The notes: generated from the sequence alone by a model not told the origin. Counted from the stretch's first letter, positions 18,747-28,767 are shown. The stretch is DNA of 64,000 nt from Candidatus Multivoradales bacterium (GCA_965223855.1 CBDCXM010000009.1:608001-672000); one strand, 5' to 3'. Numbers and translations are program-made.

Positions 18747-20717
18747 CTAACGCGGAGTCACCCTGGCGTCGATCGAGGTGCCGACGAGCTTGCGCAGGCA
18801 GTCCGAGACGCCCCACCCGCCTGCGATGGCGGGGACCGCGAGGACCAGGGCAGCGAAGGGGCGACCGAGCAACAGGTGACCGAGGGCGAAGACGGTGCCG
18901 AAGATCAGCGCCAGACCGGCGACGACCCCGACGAGCGCGACTCGCAGCTCGCCTCGCGGCGGAGCCTCGACTCCGGCGAGAGCACGCACCGGCCCCCAGG
19001 CGCCCGCAGGGCGCAGACGGCGGTAGAAGTCGGTCAGCGAGGCCGGGTCAGGGCGGGGGCCGAAGGCGATCACCACGAGGGCCGCCGTCAGCGACGCACC
19101 GGCCACCATCACCAGTCGTCCCTCGTGAGCGATCGCGCCGCCCGGGCTCAACGGCCCGAGCGACCATTCGACCGGTGCCCACGTGACCGCCAGCGTCGTG
19201 GCCGCCGAGGTCAGCATGGCGGCGATCTCCGCCCACGCCGTTACCCGCCACCAGAACCAGCGCAGCAGATAGACCGGGCCGACACCGCCGAGGAACGAGA
19301 TGAAGAGGGTGAAGAGCGCGGCGATCGACGACGCCCGGGAGGCAGCGACCGCCGCCGCCGCGAGCACCGCGGCACTCGCCGCCCGACCGGCCCACACGTA
19401 GTGGCGCTCCGATGCGTCGGTCCTCAGGAAGCGCCGGTAGACGTCGTTGACGAAGAACGACGCCGCGACGTTGATCTGGGTGTCGATGGTCGACATGAAG
19501 GCGGCCAGGAGCGACGCCGCCATCAGCCCCAGGAGGCCGACCGGCAGGTAGCGCTTGAGCATCACCACGTAGGCGCGCTCCGAGTCGGTCACGGCGACGA
19601 GCTCGCCTGCCGTCACCGCATCGCCCGCTTCGACCCTGGGGACGGCCTGCCAGTCCGGCGCGCTCCCTTCGCCCAGGAGCGGCAGGAGCCGCTCTTCGCC
19701 GTCGGCACCGACCAGATGAATCCCGGTCGAGCTCACGATCGACACGGTGCCGTCGACCGGCGCTTCGACCGTCAGGGGGGGCAGCACGAGGAGCGAGGCG
19801 ATCGCGACCACAATCCACGGCCACGGCCGTAGCGCATTGTTGGCGACCGCGAACCACACCACCGCCAGAACCCCCTGGCGCTCGTCGCGGGTCGCCGAGA
19901 TCCGCTGCACGGTCAGCGGTGCTCCGTCTGCGCTCTCGACGGCGAACCAGGCGAGGCCGAGGTAGACCGCCAGCGCCGCGACCGGGGTGGTCCAGAAGCT
20001 CGCTTCGAGGGGTGTGCCGGGGCCGGGCGGAGGCAGAAAGGCGAGTCGGTCGGCCGGCACCGCTCCGGAGGCGACCGCCTCCCAGAGCGCCGGTGCTCCG
20101 CCGATCGCCTGCCAGGCGAGCACCGCCAGCACCACCGCGCCGATCATCGACAGGGTGAACTGCGCGAGATCGGTGACCACCACTCCCCACAGGCCGGCCG
20201 CCAGCGAATAGGCAAGAGCGATCGCGCAGGCGAAGGCGAGCGCCACCACCTTGTCGACGCCGAAGAGGACGTCGACGATCTTCGCTGCCGCCAGCAGCAC
20301 CCAGCACAGGCCGATGACGTCGACGAAGCCGGCATGGAGGGCGCCGAGGAAGCCGCGCAGCCAGCGCGCCCCGCGGTCGCCGTAGCGCAGCTCGGCGAAC
20401 TCCGCCTTCGTCATCACGGCGCCGCGCCGCCACCAGCGGGCGAAGACGAAGCCGGTGACGAGGCCGGTGATGGCGTAGCACCACCACAGCCAGTTCTTCC
20501 AGATGCCGAAGTCGCGCACCCAGCCGGTGATCACCAGCGGCGTGTCGATGGCGAAGGTGGTGGCGACGATCGACGTCCCGGCGAGCCACCAGGGGAGCTT
20601 GCGGCCGGCGAGGAAGAAGTCGTCGGCGCCGCCACTTCCGCGGCGCGCGAGCACCGCACCCGCGGTCAGAGCGAAGACGACGTAGGCGCCGACCAGCCAC
20701 CAGTCGAGGGGGTGCAT
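18747..20717 (-). CDS. Sodium:solute symporter family permease with an inserted soluble domain
   Basis: FFLAGRKLPWWLAGTSIVATTF, LRPWPW, AAFMSTIDT; many TM segments. Confidence 0.88.
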   Translation of the reverse strand: MHPLDWWLVGAYVVFALTAGAVLARRGSGGADDFFLAGRKLPWWLAGTSIVATTFAIDTPLVITGWVRDFGIWKNWLWWCYAITGLVTGFVFARWWRRGAVMTKAEFAELRYGDRGARWLRGFLGALHAGFVDVIGLCWVLLAAAKIVDVLFGVDKVVALAFACAIALAYSLAAGLWGVVVTDLAQFTLSMIGAVVLAVLAWQAIGGAPALWEAVASGAVPADRLAFLPPPGPGTPLEASFWTTPVAALAVYLGLAWFAVESADGAPLTVQRISATRDERQGVLAVVWFAVANNALRPWPWIVVAIASLLVLPPLTVEAPVDGTVSIVSSTGIHLVGADGEERLLPLLGEGSAPDWQAVPRVEAGDAVTAGELVAVTDSERAYVVMLKRYLPVGLLGLMAASLLAAFMSTIDTQINVAASFFVNDVYRRFLRTDASERHYVWAGRAASAAVLAAAAVAASRASSIAALFTLFISFLGGVGPVYLLRWFWWRVTAWAEIAAMLTSAATTLAVTWAPVEWSLGPLSPGGAIAHEGRLVMVAGASLTAALVVIAFGPRPDPASLTDFYRRLRPAGAWGPVRALAGVEAPPRGELRVALVGVVAGLALIFGTVFALGHLLLGRPFAALVLAVPAIAGGWGVSDCLRKLVGTSIDARVTPR

Positions 20718-20776
20718 GGGAGCAGTCTATGCTCCACGGGCATCCCGCTCGCCGACCCACCCGATGGCCGAGCGAC

Positions 20777-21781
20777 CTATTGGATCGTCACGTTCCAGAC
20801 GCTGGTGTCGCCGCTCTCGAAGCCGTCGGCGAAGATGAAGAGGTCCGCCGGGATGATCCTCGTGGTCCGGGTCGGTCCACCGCCGCTGAGCTCGGCTCGC
20901 ACCCGACCTTCGCCGAGAGCGTTCAGCTGATCGGGCGTCATCTCGCACTCGAAGCTGAAGTCCTCTGGGATCGAGAAGAACTCGCAGATCGTCTCGTCGC
21001 CGCCGAGCGACATCTCCTCGATCGTCGAGCGAGTCAACCTCAAGTCGGAGATTCCGCCGGTCCCGGGAGAGCCCAGGTAGCGCCCGCTCCATGCAGTCCC
21101 GAGCGGCTCTCTCCCCTGGATGGTCTCCTGGGTCAGGTTGAAGCGACCGTAGAAGGTGTAGACGCCGGCGCCGAACGCGGCTGAACTGAGGTTCGGATTG
21201 CCGTTGGTGCACGGATCGGCCGGCACGGCGCCGTTGACGCCGGTCCAGCAGGCCATGTCCTGGGGACCTATCTGGTCGGCGACCAGAAACTGACCCGCAG
21301 TGTCGTCGCCGTCGAAGTCGGTGCTGACGAAGAAGTCGGCGCCATGGAGAGCGTCGTTGAGATTGCCGTTGCTGGGGATGGGATCGAGGTCGAAGATTCC
21401 CTGGCCGGGGAAGATCGGGACGTTGACGAGGGTGAAGGAGGCTGGCTGGCTGCGTGGACCGCCGGGCATGGGAGGTCCGTCCGCCGGCGACGCCGGCGGC
21501 CGCAGCGCGATCCTCACCGGCATATCGGGCGCACCGCTCCCCAGCCGAGTGACCCCGATCCGGACTCTTGTCACCCACGTCCTGCCGCCGCGCAGACAGG
21601 CGGCGGGGACGCTCATGCGGACCGCGAACTCGCGCACAACGCCGGGTTCCGCGCCGATGCCGTTATCGACCGTCTGCCACGGCACGATGTCGCACGGATC
21701 CCCGAGCTCGACCTGAGCTGTCGCCGGCGCCGTGCCGGCAAGGATCGACAAACCGAGGAGAAGGGCGGCGCTGACTCGCAT
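20777..21781 (-). CDS. Secreted hypothetical protein with C-terminal IFADGFESGD motif
   Basis: GGAGG RBS, signal peptide MRVSAALLLGLSILAG, tail LFIFADGFESGDTSVWN. Confidence 0.7.
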   Translation of the reverse strand: MRVSAALLLGLSILAGTAPATAQVELGDPCDIVPWQTVDNGIGAEPGVVREFAVRMSVPAACLRGGRTWVTRVRIGVTRLGSGAPDMPVRIALRPPASPADGPPMPGGPRSQPASFTLVNVPIFPGQGIFDLDPIPSNGNLNDALHGADFFVSTDFDGDDTAGQFLVADQIGPQDMACWTGVNGAVPADPCTNGNPNLSSAAFGAGVYTFYGRFNLTQETIQGREPLGTAWSGRYLGSPGTGGISDLRLTRSTIEEMSLGGDETICEFFSIPEDFSFECEMTPDQLNALGEGRVRAELSGGGPTRTTRIIPADLFIFADGFESGDTSVWNVTIQ

Positions 21782-21884
21782 GACGACCTCCGTTCTGAGC
21801 GTTGCGCTCGTCTTTCGGGATGAAAGGGAGGCTATCAGCGGTCCCGGCAATCGAGCCGGGCCATGGTCGAATCCAGATCGACCC

Positions 21885-21922
21885 CGGTTATACGCAGTTT
21901 CAGTGTAAACTGCGTATAACCG
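21885..21922. repeat. Perfect 16-bp inverted repeat (operator-like)
   Basis: CGGTTATACGCAGTTT-cagtgt-AAACTGCGTATAACCG; the last base is the G of the GTG start at 21922. Confidence 0.9.
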
Positions 21923-22965
21923 TGAGCGCTGAACGCCTGCCCGAGTCCACCCAGAATCTCTATGTGGAGCTGCTGGATCAGTCGATCCGGGCCGAGGCCG
22001 AGCGCGTTGCACGCCGCCTTCCGGCGCGGGGGCAGTTCGTCTCCAAGACAGTCAAGGGCGGGCTCTACTGGTATCTGCAGCGCCACGAAGCCGGACGCAA
22101 GCGGCAGTACTACGTCGGCAGAGACTCCGAGTCCCTGGTGTCGTGGATGCGTTACGCCTCGGAGGGTCATCGCGAAGTCAAGCTCGACGACGACCGGCGG
22201 GCCGAGCTGGTCGAGATGTTGGTGCTGGGTGGTGCCACTCGTGAGGACGCTTCGACCGGGCGGGTCCTTGAGGTGCTTGCCGAGGCGGGGGTCTTTCGGC
22301 TCGGCGGCGTCCTGATCGGTACCCAGGCGTTCCGCTGCTACGGCAACGCGCTAGGGGTCCGCTTCGAGTCGCAGACCCTGCGCACACAGGATGTCGATCT
22401 CGCCTACGACCCGGCTGTCCCGGTCGCGATCGACCCTGCGCGCGTCCCGCGGCCCATCCAGGAACTCCTTCAAAAGGCCGACGCGCGATTCCTCGCGGTC
22501 CCCTCACTAGACCCGCGAAGCCCGTCGACCGCCTTCAAGGTGCGTGGGCGCGACCTGCGCGTCGATCTGGTCGCCCCGGCTCGAAGTCCGGAAGACGAAG
22601 GACCGATTCGACTCCCGCACCTTCAAGCCGCCGCTCAACCGGTCGCCTTTCTCGACTATCTGCTCGAAGAGACGATGCAGGCGGTGGTCCTTTCGGGCGA
22701 CGCTCCGCTCGTCAATCTCCCCGGTCCGGGTCGCTTCGCCCTCCACAAGCTCTGGCTGTCAGGGCAGAGACCCACTACGTTCGAGGCGAGAGCACGGAAG
22801 GACCTCCGGCAAGGCGGTGAGATGCTCGAAGTGCTCGTCGAAGACCGACCGGGGGAAGTCAGGCGGGCCTGGAATGCGCTGACAGCCGAACGGCAAGATC
22901 AGGTCGCGACGGCAGCACGGGCGCTGCCTGACGCGCAGCAACAAGCCATTGAGGCGCTGATCTGA
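21922..22965 (+). CDS. GSU2403-like nucleotidyltransferase-fold protein
   Basis: GVFRLGGVLIGTQAFRCY, RTQDVDLA (G..DxD NTase motif), FALHKL; N-terminal YWY...QYYVG domain. Confidence 0.8.
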   Translation: MSAERLPESTQNLYVELLDQSIRAEAERVARRLPARGQFVSKTVKGGLYWYLQRHEAGRKRQYYVGRDSESLVSWMRYASEGHREVKLDDDRRAELVEMLVLGGATREDASTGRVLEVLAEAGVFRLGGVLIGTQAFRCYGNALGVRFESQTLRTQDVDLAYDPAVPVAIDPARVPRPIQELLQKADARFLAVPSLDPRSPSTAFKVRGRDLRVDLVAPARSPEDEGPIRLPHLQAAAQPVAFLDYLLEETMQAVVLSGDAPLVNLPGPGRFALHKLWLSGQRPTTFEARARKDLRQGGEMLEVLVEDRPGEVRRAWNALTAERQDQVATAARALPDAQQQAIEALI

Positions 22966-23024
22966 GTCCGACCCTATGGACCGCGAGCCCCGATGAACTA
23001 CGACCGTAAACGGGCGGCTTCGCC

Positions 23025-23663
23025 TTGATCGCTCGCATCGACACGCGCGGCTACGACGTCGAGGGCAGGGCCACACTCCTGCCGGAGAAGAAGAGCCTTC
23101 ATTTCCGGCCGACGGCCGCGATGGGAACCTATCTGAGCGGCGAGCTGCAAGTCCGGTTGGAGACCCTCGAGGAGCTGCAGGGTTTCCTGCGCAGCTGTCG
23201 CTACGTGTCCGATCCGGAGCAGTTCGGCGTCAGGGACTACTGGGCTCATCCCAGCGAGTTCGAGCGCACCCGGAAGGGCGACTGCGACTGCTTCTCCCTC
23301 TACGCGTGGCGGCAGCTGGTGGAAATGGGCTACGAGGCACGCTTTGTCATCGGCCGCGCCGGCTACGGCCGGCGGTGCCATGCCTGGGTGACGTTCCTCT
23401 CCGGCGACATCTGGTTCCTCCTGGAGCCCGTCGCGGCGAGACGCAGGGAGCTGTCCCGTCTCGCGACCATGATGTACGAGCCGACCCTGTCGGTCTCCTG
23501 GGACGGGAAGCGCTGCAGGTACCACCAGCATCGGCCTCGAGACTACGAGCCGACGTTCACTGAGTCGCTCGTCATCGCGTTCGAGTGGATCCCGTTGTTC
23601 CTGAGTCGGTGGGCTCGCCGGCCCTTCCTCTGGGGCTGGTCGAAGCTGCGCCGCGCAGGCTGA
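23025..23663 (+). CDS. Transglutaminase-like cysteine protease domain protein (start uncertain)
   Basis: DYWAHPSEF, KGDCDCF (catalytic Cys), HAWV, WFLLE. Confidence 0.65.
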   Translation: MIARIDTRGYDVEGRATLLPEKKSLHFRPTAAMGTYLSGELQVRLETLEELQGFLRSCRYVSDPEQFGVRDYWAHPSEFERTRKGDCDCFSLYAWRQLVEMGYEARFVIGRAGYGRRCHAWVTFLSGDIWFLLEPVAARRRELSRLATMMYEPTLSVSWDGKRCRYHQHRPRDYEPTFTESLVIAFEWIPLFLSRWARRPFLWGWSKLRRAG

Positions 23664-23809
23664 GTGGCCGCAGTTTCGCTTCGCGGCGGTCCCCGACCCC
23701 CATTTCCCGGCAGCGAACCATTGCACACCCGGCCTGTGAAGCAGGCCGTAGGAGCGACGGCGGCTGGTCTCTAGCATCTGGGGTCCAAATACCCTCGAGG
23801 AGGATTGCC

Positions 23810-25543
23810 GTGGGCAAGACAGCGCAAGACGAGCGAGAGCGGACCAGCCGGCGGGAGCTGTGGCGCTCGCTGACGAGATCCGGGTCGAGCGCCGCCGCGG
23901 CTCCCCGGCCCGAAGAGATCGCTCTGCGGCGACCCGGCAAGAGCGCCCTGGTAGACCGCGGCGACGCACCCGAGGGCGGCCCGGTCACCCCGTCGGGGGC
24001 GGTCATCGCCCTCAACCGGATGGGCTACGGCCCGCGGCCCGGGGACATCGCGGCCTTCAACGCTCTGGGCGGCAACGACACCGCGCGGATGGCGGCCTAC
24101 GTCGCCCAGCAGCTCGACCCCGACTCGATCAACGACAGCGAGGTCGAGGCGCGGATCGCAGCGGCCAACTTCGAGTCGGTCGACATCGGCAACGGTCTCG
24201 ACCACTACCTGACGCTGCTGTGGGCCTGGTACATCAACGACCAGGCGCCGAGCGGCAACACCTCCTCGAGCTGGCCGCGCGACGAGCTGATCCGTGCGAC
24301 CTTCCTGCGGGCGATGTATTCGAAGCGCCAGTTGCTGGAAGTGATGGTCGAGTTCTGGCACGACCACTTCAACGTCTACTCGAGCGCCAGCTCGTGGATC
24401 CGCGCCACGATCCCTCATCTCGACCGGATCCTGCGCAACAACGCCTTCGGCAACTTCCGCTCGATGCTCGAGCGGGTGGCGAAGGCGCCGGCGATGCTGC
24501 GCTATCTCGACAACTACACGAGCTCGAACGCCGGCCCGAACGAGAACTACAGCCGCGAGCTCTTCGAGCTTCACACCCTGGGGGCGGAGAACTACCTCGG
24601 CACCATCCCGCAGAGCCAGGTGCCGCTCGACGGCGACGGCATTCCGATCGGCTACGTCGACGCCGACGTCTTCGAGTCGACCCGCTGCTTCACCGGCTGG
24701 TCGTTCGCCTACGGCACCGGCGGCGACCCCGACAACGGCCTCTTCTACTACCGCTCCGACTGGCACGACCGCTTCCAGAAGTTCGTCCTCGGCAATTTCA
24801 TCCCGCAGGATCAGCCCGACCTCGCGGACGGCAAGGACGTCCTCGACGCGCTCGCCTCCCACCCCGGCACCGGACGCCACATCGCCCGCAAGCTGTGCCG
24901 CAAGTTCATCGGCGACGACCCGCCGCAGTCGGTGATCGACGCGGCGGCGGGAAAATTCACGCAACGCTGGCAGTCAGGCACCCAGATCGAGCAGGTACTC
25001 GAGGTCATTCTTCTTTCGCCCGAGTTCCTCGCCACCTGGGGTGAAAAGACCAAGCGCCCCTACGAGCTGGCGGTCAGTGCGATGCGCGCCGGCGGAGCCG
25101 ACTTCACGCTCAAGATGGACGACGGCGACACCAGCGACTTCCTGTGGCGCTATCGCTCGACCGGCCAGGAGCGCTTCGCATGGCCGGCCCCGAACGGCTA
25201 TCCCGACGTGCGGGGTGCCTGGGCGAGCATGAGCCCCCGGGTCCAGGGATGGCGTCTCGCCAACTGGCTGATCGACTTCGACGACGACAACGATCAGTTC
25301 TTCCTCAACGTTCTGAGTCAGACGCCCGGCGGGGTGCGCACCGCCAACGAGCTCGCCGACTTCTGGATCAATCGCATCCTCGGGCGCCCCATGGAGAGTG
25401 GCGACCGGGCGGAGATCGTCGACTTCATGGCGCAGGGGGTCAACCCTGACTTCGATCTCGATCTGAACGACGATGACACCCGCGACCGGGTGAGGTCGAT
25501 GGTCGGCCTGATCTTCATGTCGCCCGATTTCCTCTGGCGCTAG
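23810..25543 (+). CDS. DUF1800 family protein
   Basis: GAGGAGG RBS plus GTG; FWHDHFN, AMLRYLDN, PNENYSRELFELHTLG. Confidence 0.9.
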   Translation: MGKTAQDERERTSRRELWRSLTRSGSSAAAAPRPEEIALRRPGKSALVDRGDAPEGGPVTPSGAVIALNRMGYGPRPGDIAAFNALGGNDTARMAAYVAQQLDPDSINDSEVEARIAAANFESVDIGNGLDHYLTLLWAWYINDQAPSGNTSSSWPRDELIRATFLRAMYSKRQLLEVMVEFWHDHFNVYSSASSWIRATIPHLDRILRNNAFGNFRSMLERVAKAPAMLRYLDNYTSSNAGPNENYSRELFELHTLGAENYLGTIPQSQVPLDGDGIPIGYVDADVFESTRCFTGWSFAYGTGGDPDNGLFYYRSDWHDRFQKFVLGNFIPQDQPDLADGKDVLDALASHPGTGRHIARKLCRKFIGDDPPQSVIDAAAGKFTQRWQSGTQIEQVLEVILLSPEFLATWGEKTKRPYELAVSAMRAGGADFTLKMDDGDTSDFLWRYRSTGQERFAWPAPNGYPDVRGAWASMSPRVQGWRLANWLIDFDDDNDQFFLNVLSQTPGGVRTANELADFWINRILGRPMESGDRAEIVDFMAQGVNPDFDLDLNDDDTRDRVRSMVGLIFMSPDFLWR

Positions 25544-25578
25544 AGAACCCCGGGCAGACCGGTATCAAGGAGAACACG

Positions 25579-26949
25579 ATGAGCATGACTCGGAGAGGTT
25601 TCGTCACCGGTTGTTCCGCCGCCGTCGCGGCTTACGCGGGCACCAGCTTCAACACTCTCGCCTTCGGCGATCCGAACGGCACCACCGACGAGATTCTGGT
25701 CACGATCTTCCTGCGGGGCGGCATCGACGGGCTCAACGTCATCTGCCCGATCGCCGGCGCCGACCGCGGGCACTACGAGGCCGCCCGCCCCGACCTGGCG
25801 ATTCCCCTCACCGGGTCCAACCGCGCGCTGACCCTCAACAGCCAGTTCGGCATGCACCCGGCGGGCGACACCTGGCCGAGCGGCAGTCCGGTGCCCCCGG
25901 CGACGCTCTACGAGCTCTACCAGGCCAACAAACTGTCGGTCGTCGTCGCCGCGGGGATGAACGAGGGCAACCGGTCGCACTTCGATTCGATGGGCTACAT
26001 GGAACTCGGCACGCCGGGAACTCTCTCGACACCGACCGGCTGGCTCACCCGCCACCTGCAGAGCGCCAGCGGCTCGCCGCTCAACATCGTCGTGCCGTCG
26101 CTGGCCGTCGGGAACATGCAGCAGAACTCGCTGCGCGGCAGCCTCGAGACGCTGAACATGACCGATCCGGACAGCTTCACCTTCAACACCGGACCGTGGG
26201 ACTGGCGCGACGCCCAGCGGTTGGCGCTGCGCAACCTCTTCGACGGCTCGTCGTGGATGCACCAGACCGGCACCGCCAGTCTCGACGCCATCGACATCAT
26301 CGAGCTCAACGGCGGTGGCGGCGACTACGAGCCGGACAACGGTGCGGTCTACCCGAGCACCACCTTCGGCAACCACCTCCAGACGATCGCGCTGATGGTC
26401 AAGCTCGAACTCGGCCTCAAGGTGGCGACGATCGACTTCGGCGGCTGGGACACCCACAACGGCCAGGGCAACGACGGCACCGGCTACTTCTTCTCGCACT
26501 TCGAGGAGCTGGCGCGCGGCATGGCGGCGTTCTACACCGACCTCGACGGCTCGGGAGCGAGCAACTACACCGATCGCCTCACCGTGGTCGTGATGAGCGA
26601 GTTCGGACGCCGGCTGGCGGAGAACGCCGACAACGGCTCCGACCACGGGCACGGCAACATGATGTTCGTGCTCTCCGGCAACGCCACCGGCGGGATCCAC
26701 GGTCCGTGGCCCGGGCTCGCCAACGGTCAGCTCTATCAGGGCGCCGACCTCGAGGTGGAGACCGACTTCCGCCAGGTGCTCTCGGAGATCCTGATCCGGC
26801 GCACGGGGAACGTGGCGATCGACCAGGTGTTCCCCGGCTACACCGGCTACACCCCGCTCGGAGTCGTCAACGGATCGGACCCGAACGCGATCTTCAGCGA
26901 CGGCTTCGAATCGGGCGACACCTCGGCCTGGTCGAACACCGTCGGCTGA
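25579..26949 (+). CDS. DUF1501 family Tat-exported protein with C-terminal IFSDGFESGD motif
   Basis: TRRGF Tat motif; LRGGIDGLN, RSHFD, GGWDTH, SEFGR, DHGHG. Confidence 0.9.
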   Translation: MSMTRRGFVTGCSAAVAAYAGTSFNTLAFGDPNGTTDEILVTIFLRGGIDGLNVICPIAGADRGHYEAARPDLAIPLTGSNRALTLNSQFGMHPAGDTWPSGSPVPPATLYELYQANKLSVVVAAGMNEGNRSHFDSMGYMELGTPGTLSTPTGWLTRHLQSASGSPLNIVVPSLAVGNMQQNSLRGSLETLNMTDPDSFTFNTGPWDWRDAQRLALRNLFDGSSWMHQTGTASLDAIDIIELNGGGGDYEPDNGAVYPSTTFGNHLQTIALMVKLELGLKVATIDFGGWDTHNGQGNDGTGYFFSHFEELARGMAAFYTDLDGSGASNYTDRLTVVVMSEFGRRLAENADNGSDHGHGNMMFVLSGNATGGIHGPWPGLANGQLYQGADLEVETDFRQVLSEILIRRTGNVAIDQVFPGYTGYTPLGVVNGSDPNAIFSDGFESGDTSAWSNTVG

Positions 26950-27045
26950 GCGGTCAGGTAGCCGGAGCGCCCTCGTGTAGGCTCCTCTCGCCCGGGGTCG
27001 TGCACATCGGCACGTTCCCCGGGGCACTTCCCCGGAGGAGACCGC

Positions 27046-28296
27046 ATGAAGGCCTCTGCACGCCTGCCCGTCGTCCTGTTCCTCGTCGCCTGCGCGATCG
27101 GCAGTCCCGCTCCGGCCCAACCTGCAGCGCCGGGCGAGGCGGAGGCGTCGGCGACGCCGGGCGTGCGGCTTGCGGAGGCGCTCTCGACCGCCACCGGCAT
27201 CGCCATCACGCCGATGCTCGGCGTGAGCGCGGTCGGCGCCTGGCGCTGGTGGCAGGCGAGCGCAGCGGAGCGTGAGGCACTCGACTGGTTCTGCTCGCCG
27301 TGGGTCTGGGGCCCGGGGCTGTTCTTCACCCTGCTGCTGCTCCTCAAGGAGCCGGTGCTCGGCGCCGCACCGCCGCTCAAGAAGCCGCTCGACGCCCTCG
27401 AAGTGGTCGAGAGCAAGGTGAGCGCGCTCGTCGCCACACCGGCGGTGGTGCCGATGTTCCTCGGCGCCTTCGGCTCGGCGGCCGCGGTGTCGTCGCTCGC
27501 CGGATCGCTCCCGGTGCCCATGGCTGCGGTGGGTGGCGAGACGATGGCGGCACCGGTGGCGATTCTCGTCTACACCCTGGCCGGGGTGCTCTTCGTCGGT
27601 GCCTTCCTCGTGGTGTGGCTTGCCTTTCACGCCGTCAACGTACTGATCCTGCTGAGCCCGTTCGGCTTCCTCGACCTCTTCCTGCGGCTGATCAAGTTCG
27701 GAGCGCTGGCGGTGCTGCTCGTCGCCACCTGGATCAGCCCGTGGCTCGGCGCCGCAGTGGCGGCGGCGATCCTCGTCGTCTCGATTCCGATCGCCGGCTG
27801 GTCGTTGCGACTGACCTCGTTCGGATCGATCGTCGCCTGGGATCTGCTGACCGGCCGGCATCGGCGCCTCGGCGCGGATGGCGCGGCCGGCGCCGACGGC
27901 CCGGTCGTCGCCTTCACCGCCGGGCGGACGCACGGCATTCCGACGCGCGCCGTCGGCCGGCTCGAGGCCGGCGACGGTCGGCTGTCCTTCCGCTACCGGC
28001 CGTGGCTCGTTCTGCGGTCTCGCAGCATCGACCTCGGCAGCGTGCCGAATCGGCTCGAGCGCGCGCTGGTCTGCCCGCAGATCCGCGAGACGGCGTCCGG
28101 CGATCGCGGCGATGTGCTGTTCCGGTTGCCGCCCCGGTACCGCGGCCACGAGCCGCGGGTCGCCACCTCGCTCGGTTGCGCGGAAGTGATCGACGCACCG
28201 GTTCTCCGAGGGGTCAAGTCGGTCTTCGCCTGGATGCGCGAGAGCATCGGCACGGGCGCCGGCGCTCTCGCCCGCCGGGTCGGCGCGGCCGACTGA
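27046..28296 (+). CDS. Hypothetical membrane protein
   Basis: GGAGGAG RBS, signal peptide, several TM segments, host-like codon usage. Confidence 0.65.
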   Translation: MKASARLPVVLFLVACAIGSPAPAQPAAPGEAEASATPGVRLAEALSTATGIAITPMLGVSAVGAWRWWQASAAEREALDWFCSPWVWGPGLFFTLLLLLKEPVLGAAPPLKKPLDALEVVESKVSALVATPAVVPMFLGAFGSAAAVSSLAGSLPVPMAAVGGETMAAPVAILVYTLAGVLFVGAFLVVWLAFHAVNVLILLSPFGFLDLFLRLIKFGALAVLLVATWISPWLGAAVAAAILVVSIPIAGWSLRLTSFGSIVAWDLLTGRHRRLGADGAAGADGPVVAFTAGRTHGIPTRAVGRLEAGDGRLSFRYRPWLVLRSRSIDLGSVPNRLERALVCPQIRETASGDRGDVLFRLPPRYRGHEPRVATSLGCAEVIDAPVLRGVKSVFAWMRESIGTGAGALARRVGAAD

Positions 28297-28353
28297 CGCC
28301 GGTCGTCAGCGGCCGGGGTGGTCAGCAGACAAGGTCGTCAGAGGCCGAGCTCG

Positions 28354-28767
28354 TCAGCGGCGAGAGTCGTCCTCTTCTGCCGACTCTTCCGCACCGATCT
28401 TCCACGGCGGGTCGAGCCGGTTCTCGCCGGCGTTGTAGAGCCGGATGTCGTGCCCGTCGGGGTCGGCGATCCGCGCTTCGCGCCAGCGGTACGGCATGTC
28501 GGTCGGCGGCTGGTGGAACCGGAGCCCCGCCTCCTCGAGCGCCGCCACCGTTGCATCGACATCCGCGCAGTCGAAGAAGAGCTGCGCCCGGGGCGGCAGC
28601 GGCGGATCGCCCGTGACCTCGATCGACAACGTTGACTCGCCGTCGGGGCACCGGAAGCGCGCGTAGCGGGGCGGGCTGTGAACGATCGGCTCGAGGCCGA
28701 GCTGCCGGTAGAACTCGTACGAGCGCTCGAACTCGGTGACGATCAGGGTGACGTGGTTGAGGTCCAT
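28354..28767 (-). CDS. VOC/glyoxalase family protein
   Basis: LNHVTL, FYRQLG, PTDMPYRWRE, DPDGH. Confidence 0.88.
   Translation of the reverse strand: MDLNHVTLIVTEFERSYEFYRQLGLEPIVHSPPRYARFRCPDGESTLSIEVTGDPPLPPRAQLFFDCADVDATVAALEEAGLRFHQPPTDMPYRWREARIADPDGHDIRLYNAGENRLDPPWKIGAEESAEEDDSRR

Noticed and set aside
21855-21885. GGTCGAATCC resembling a tRNA T-arm or att site
   Set aside because: Lacks the TTC of the T-loop, no cloverleaf, no integrase nearby
23810-26949. DUF1800-DUF1501 pair as a novel system
   Set aside because: Widespread, well-known gene pair; only the C-terminal tail is noteworthy
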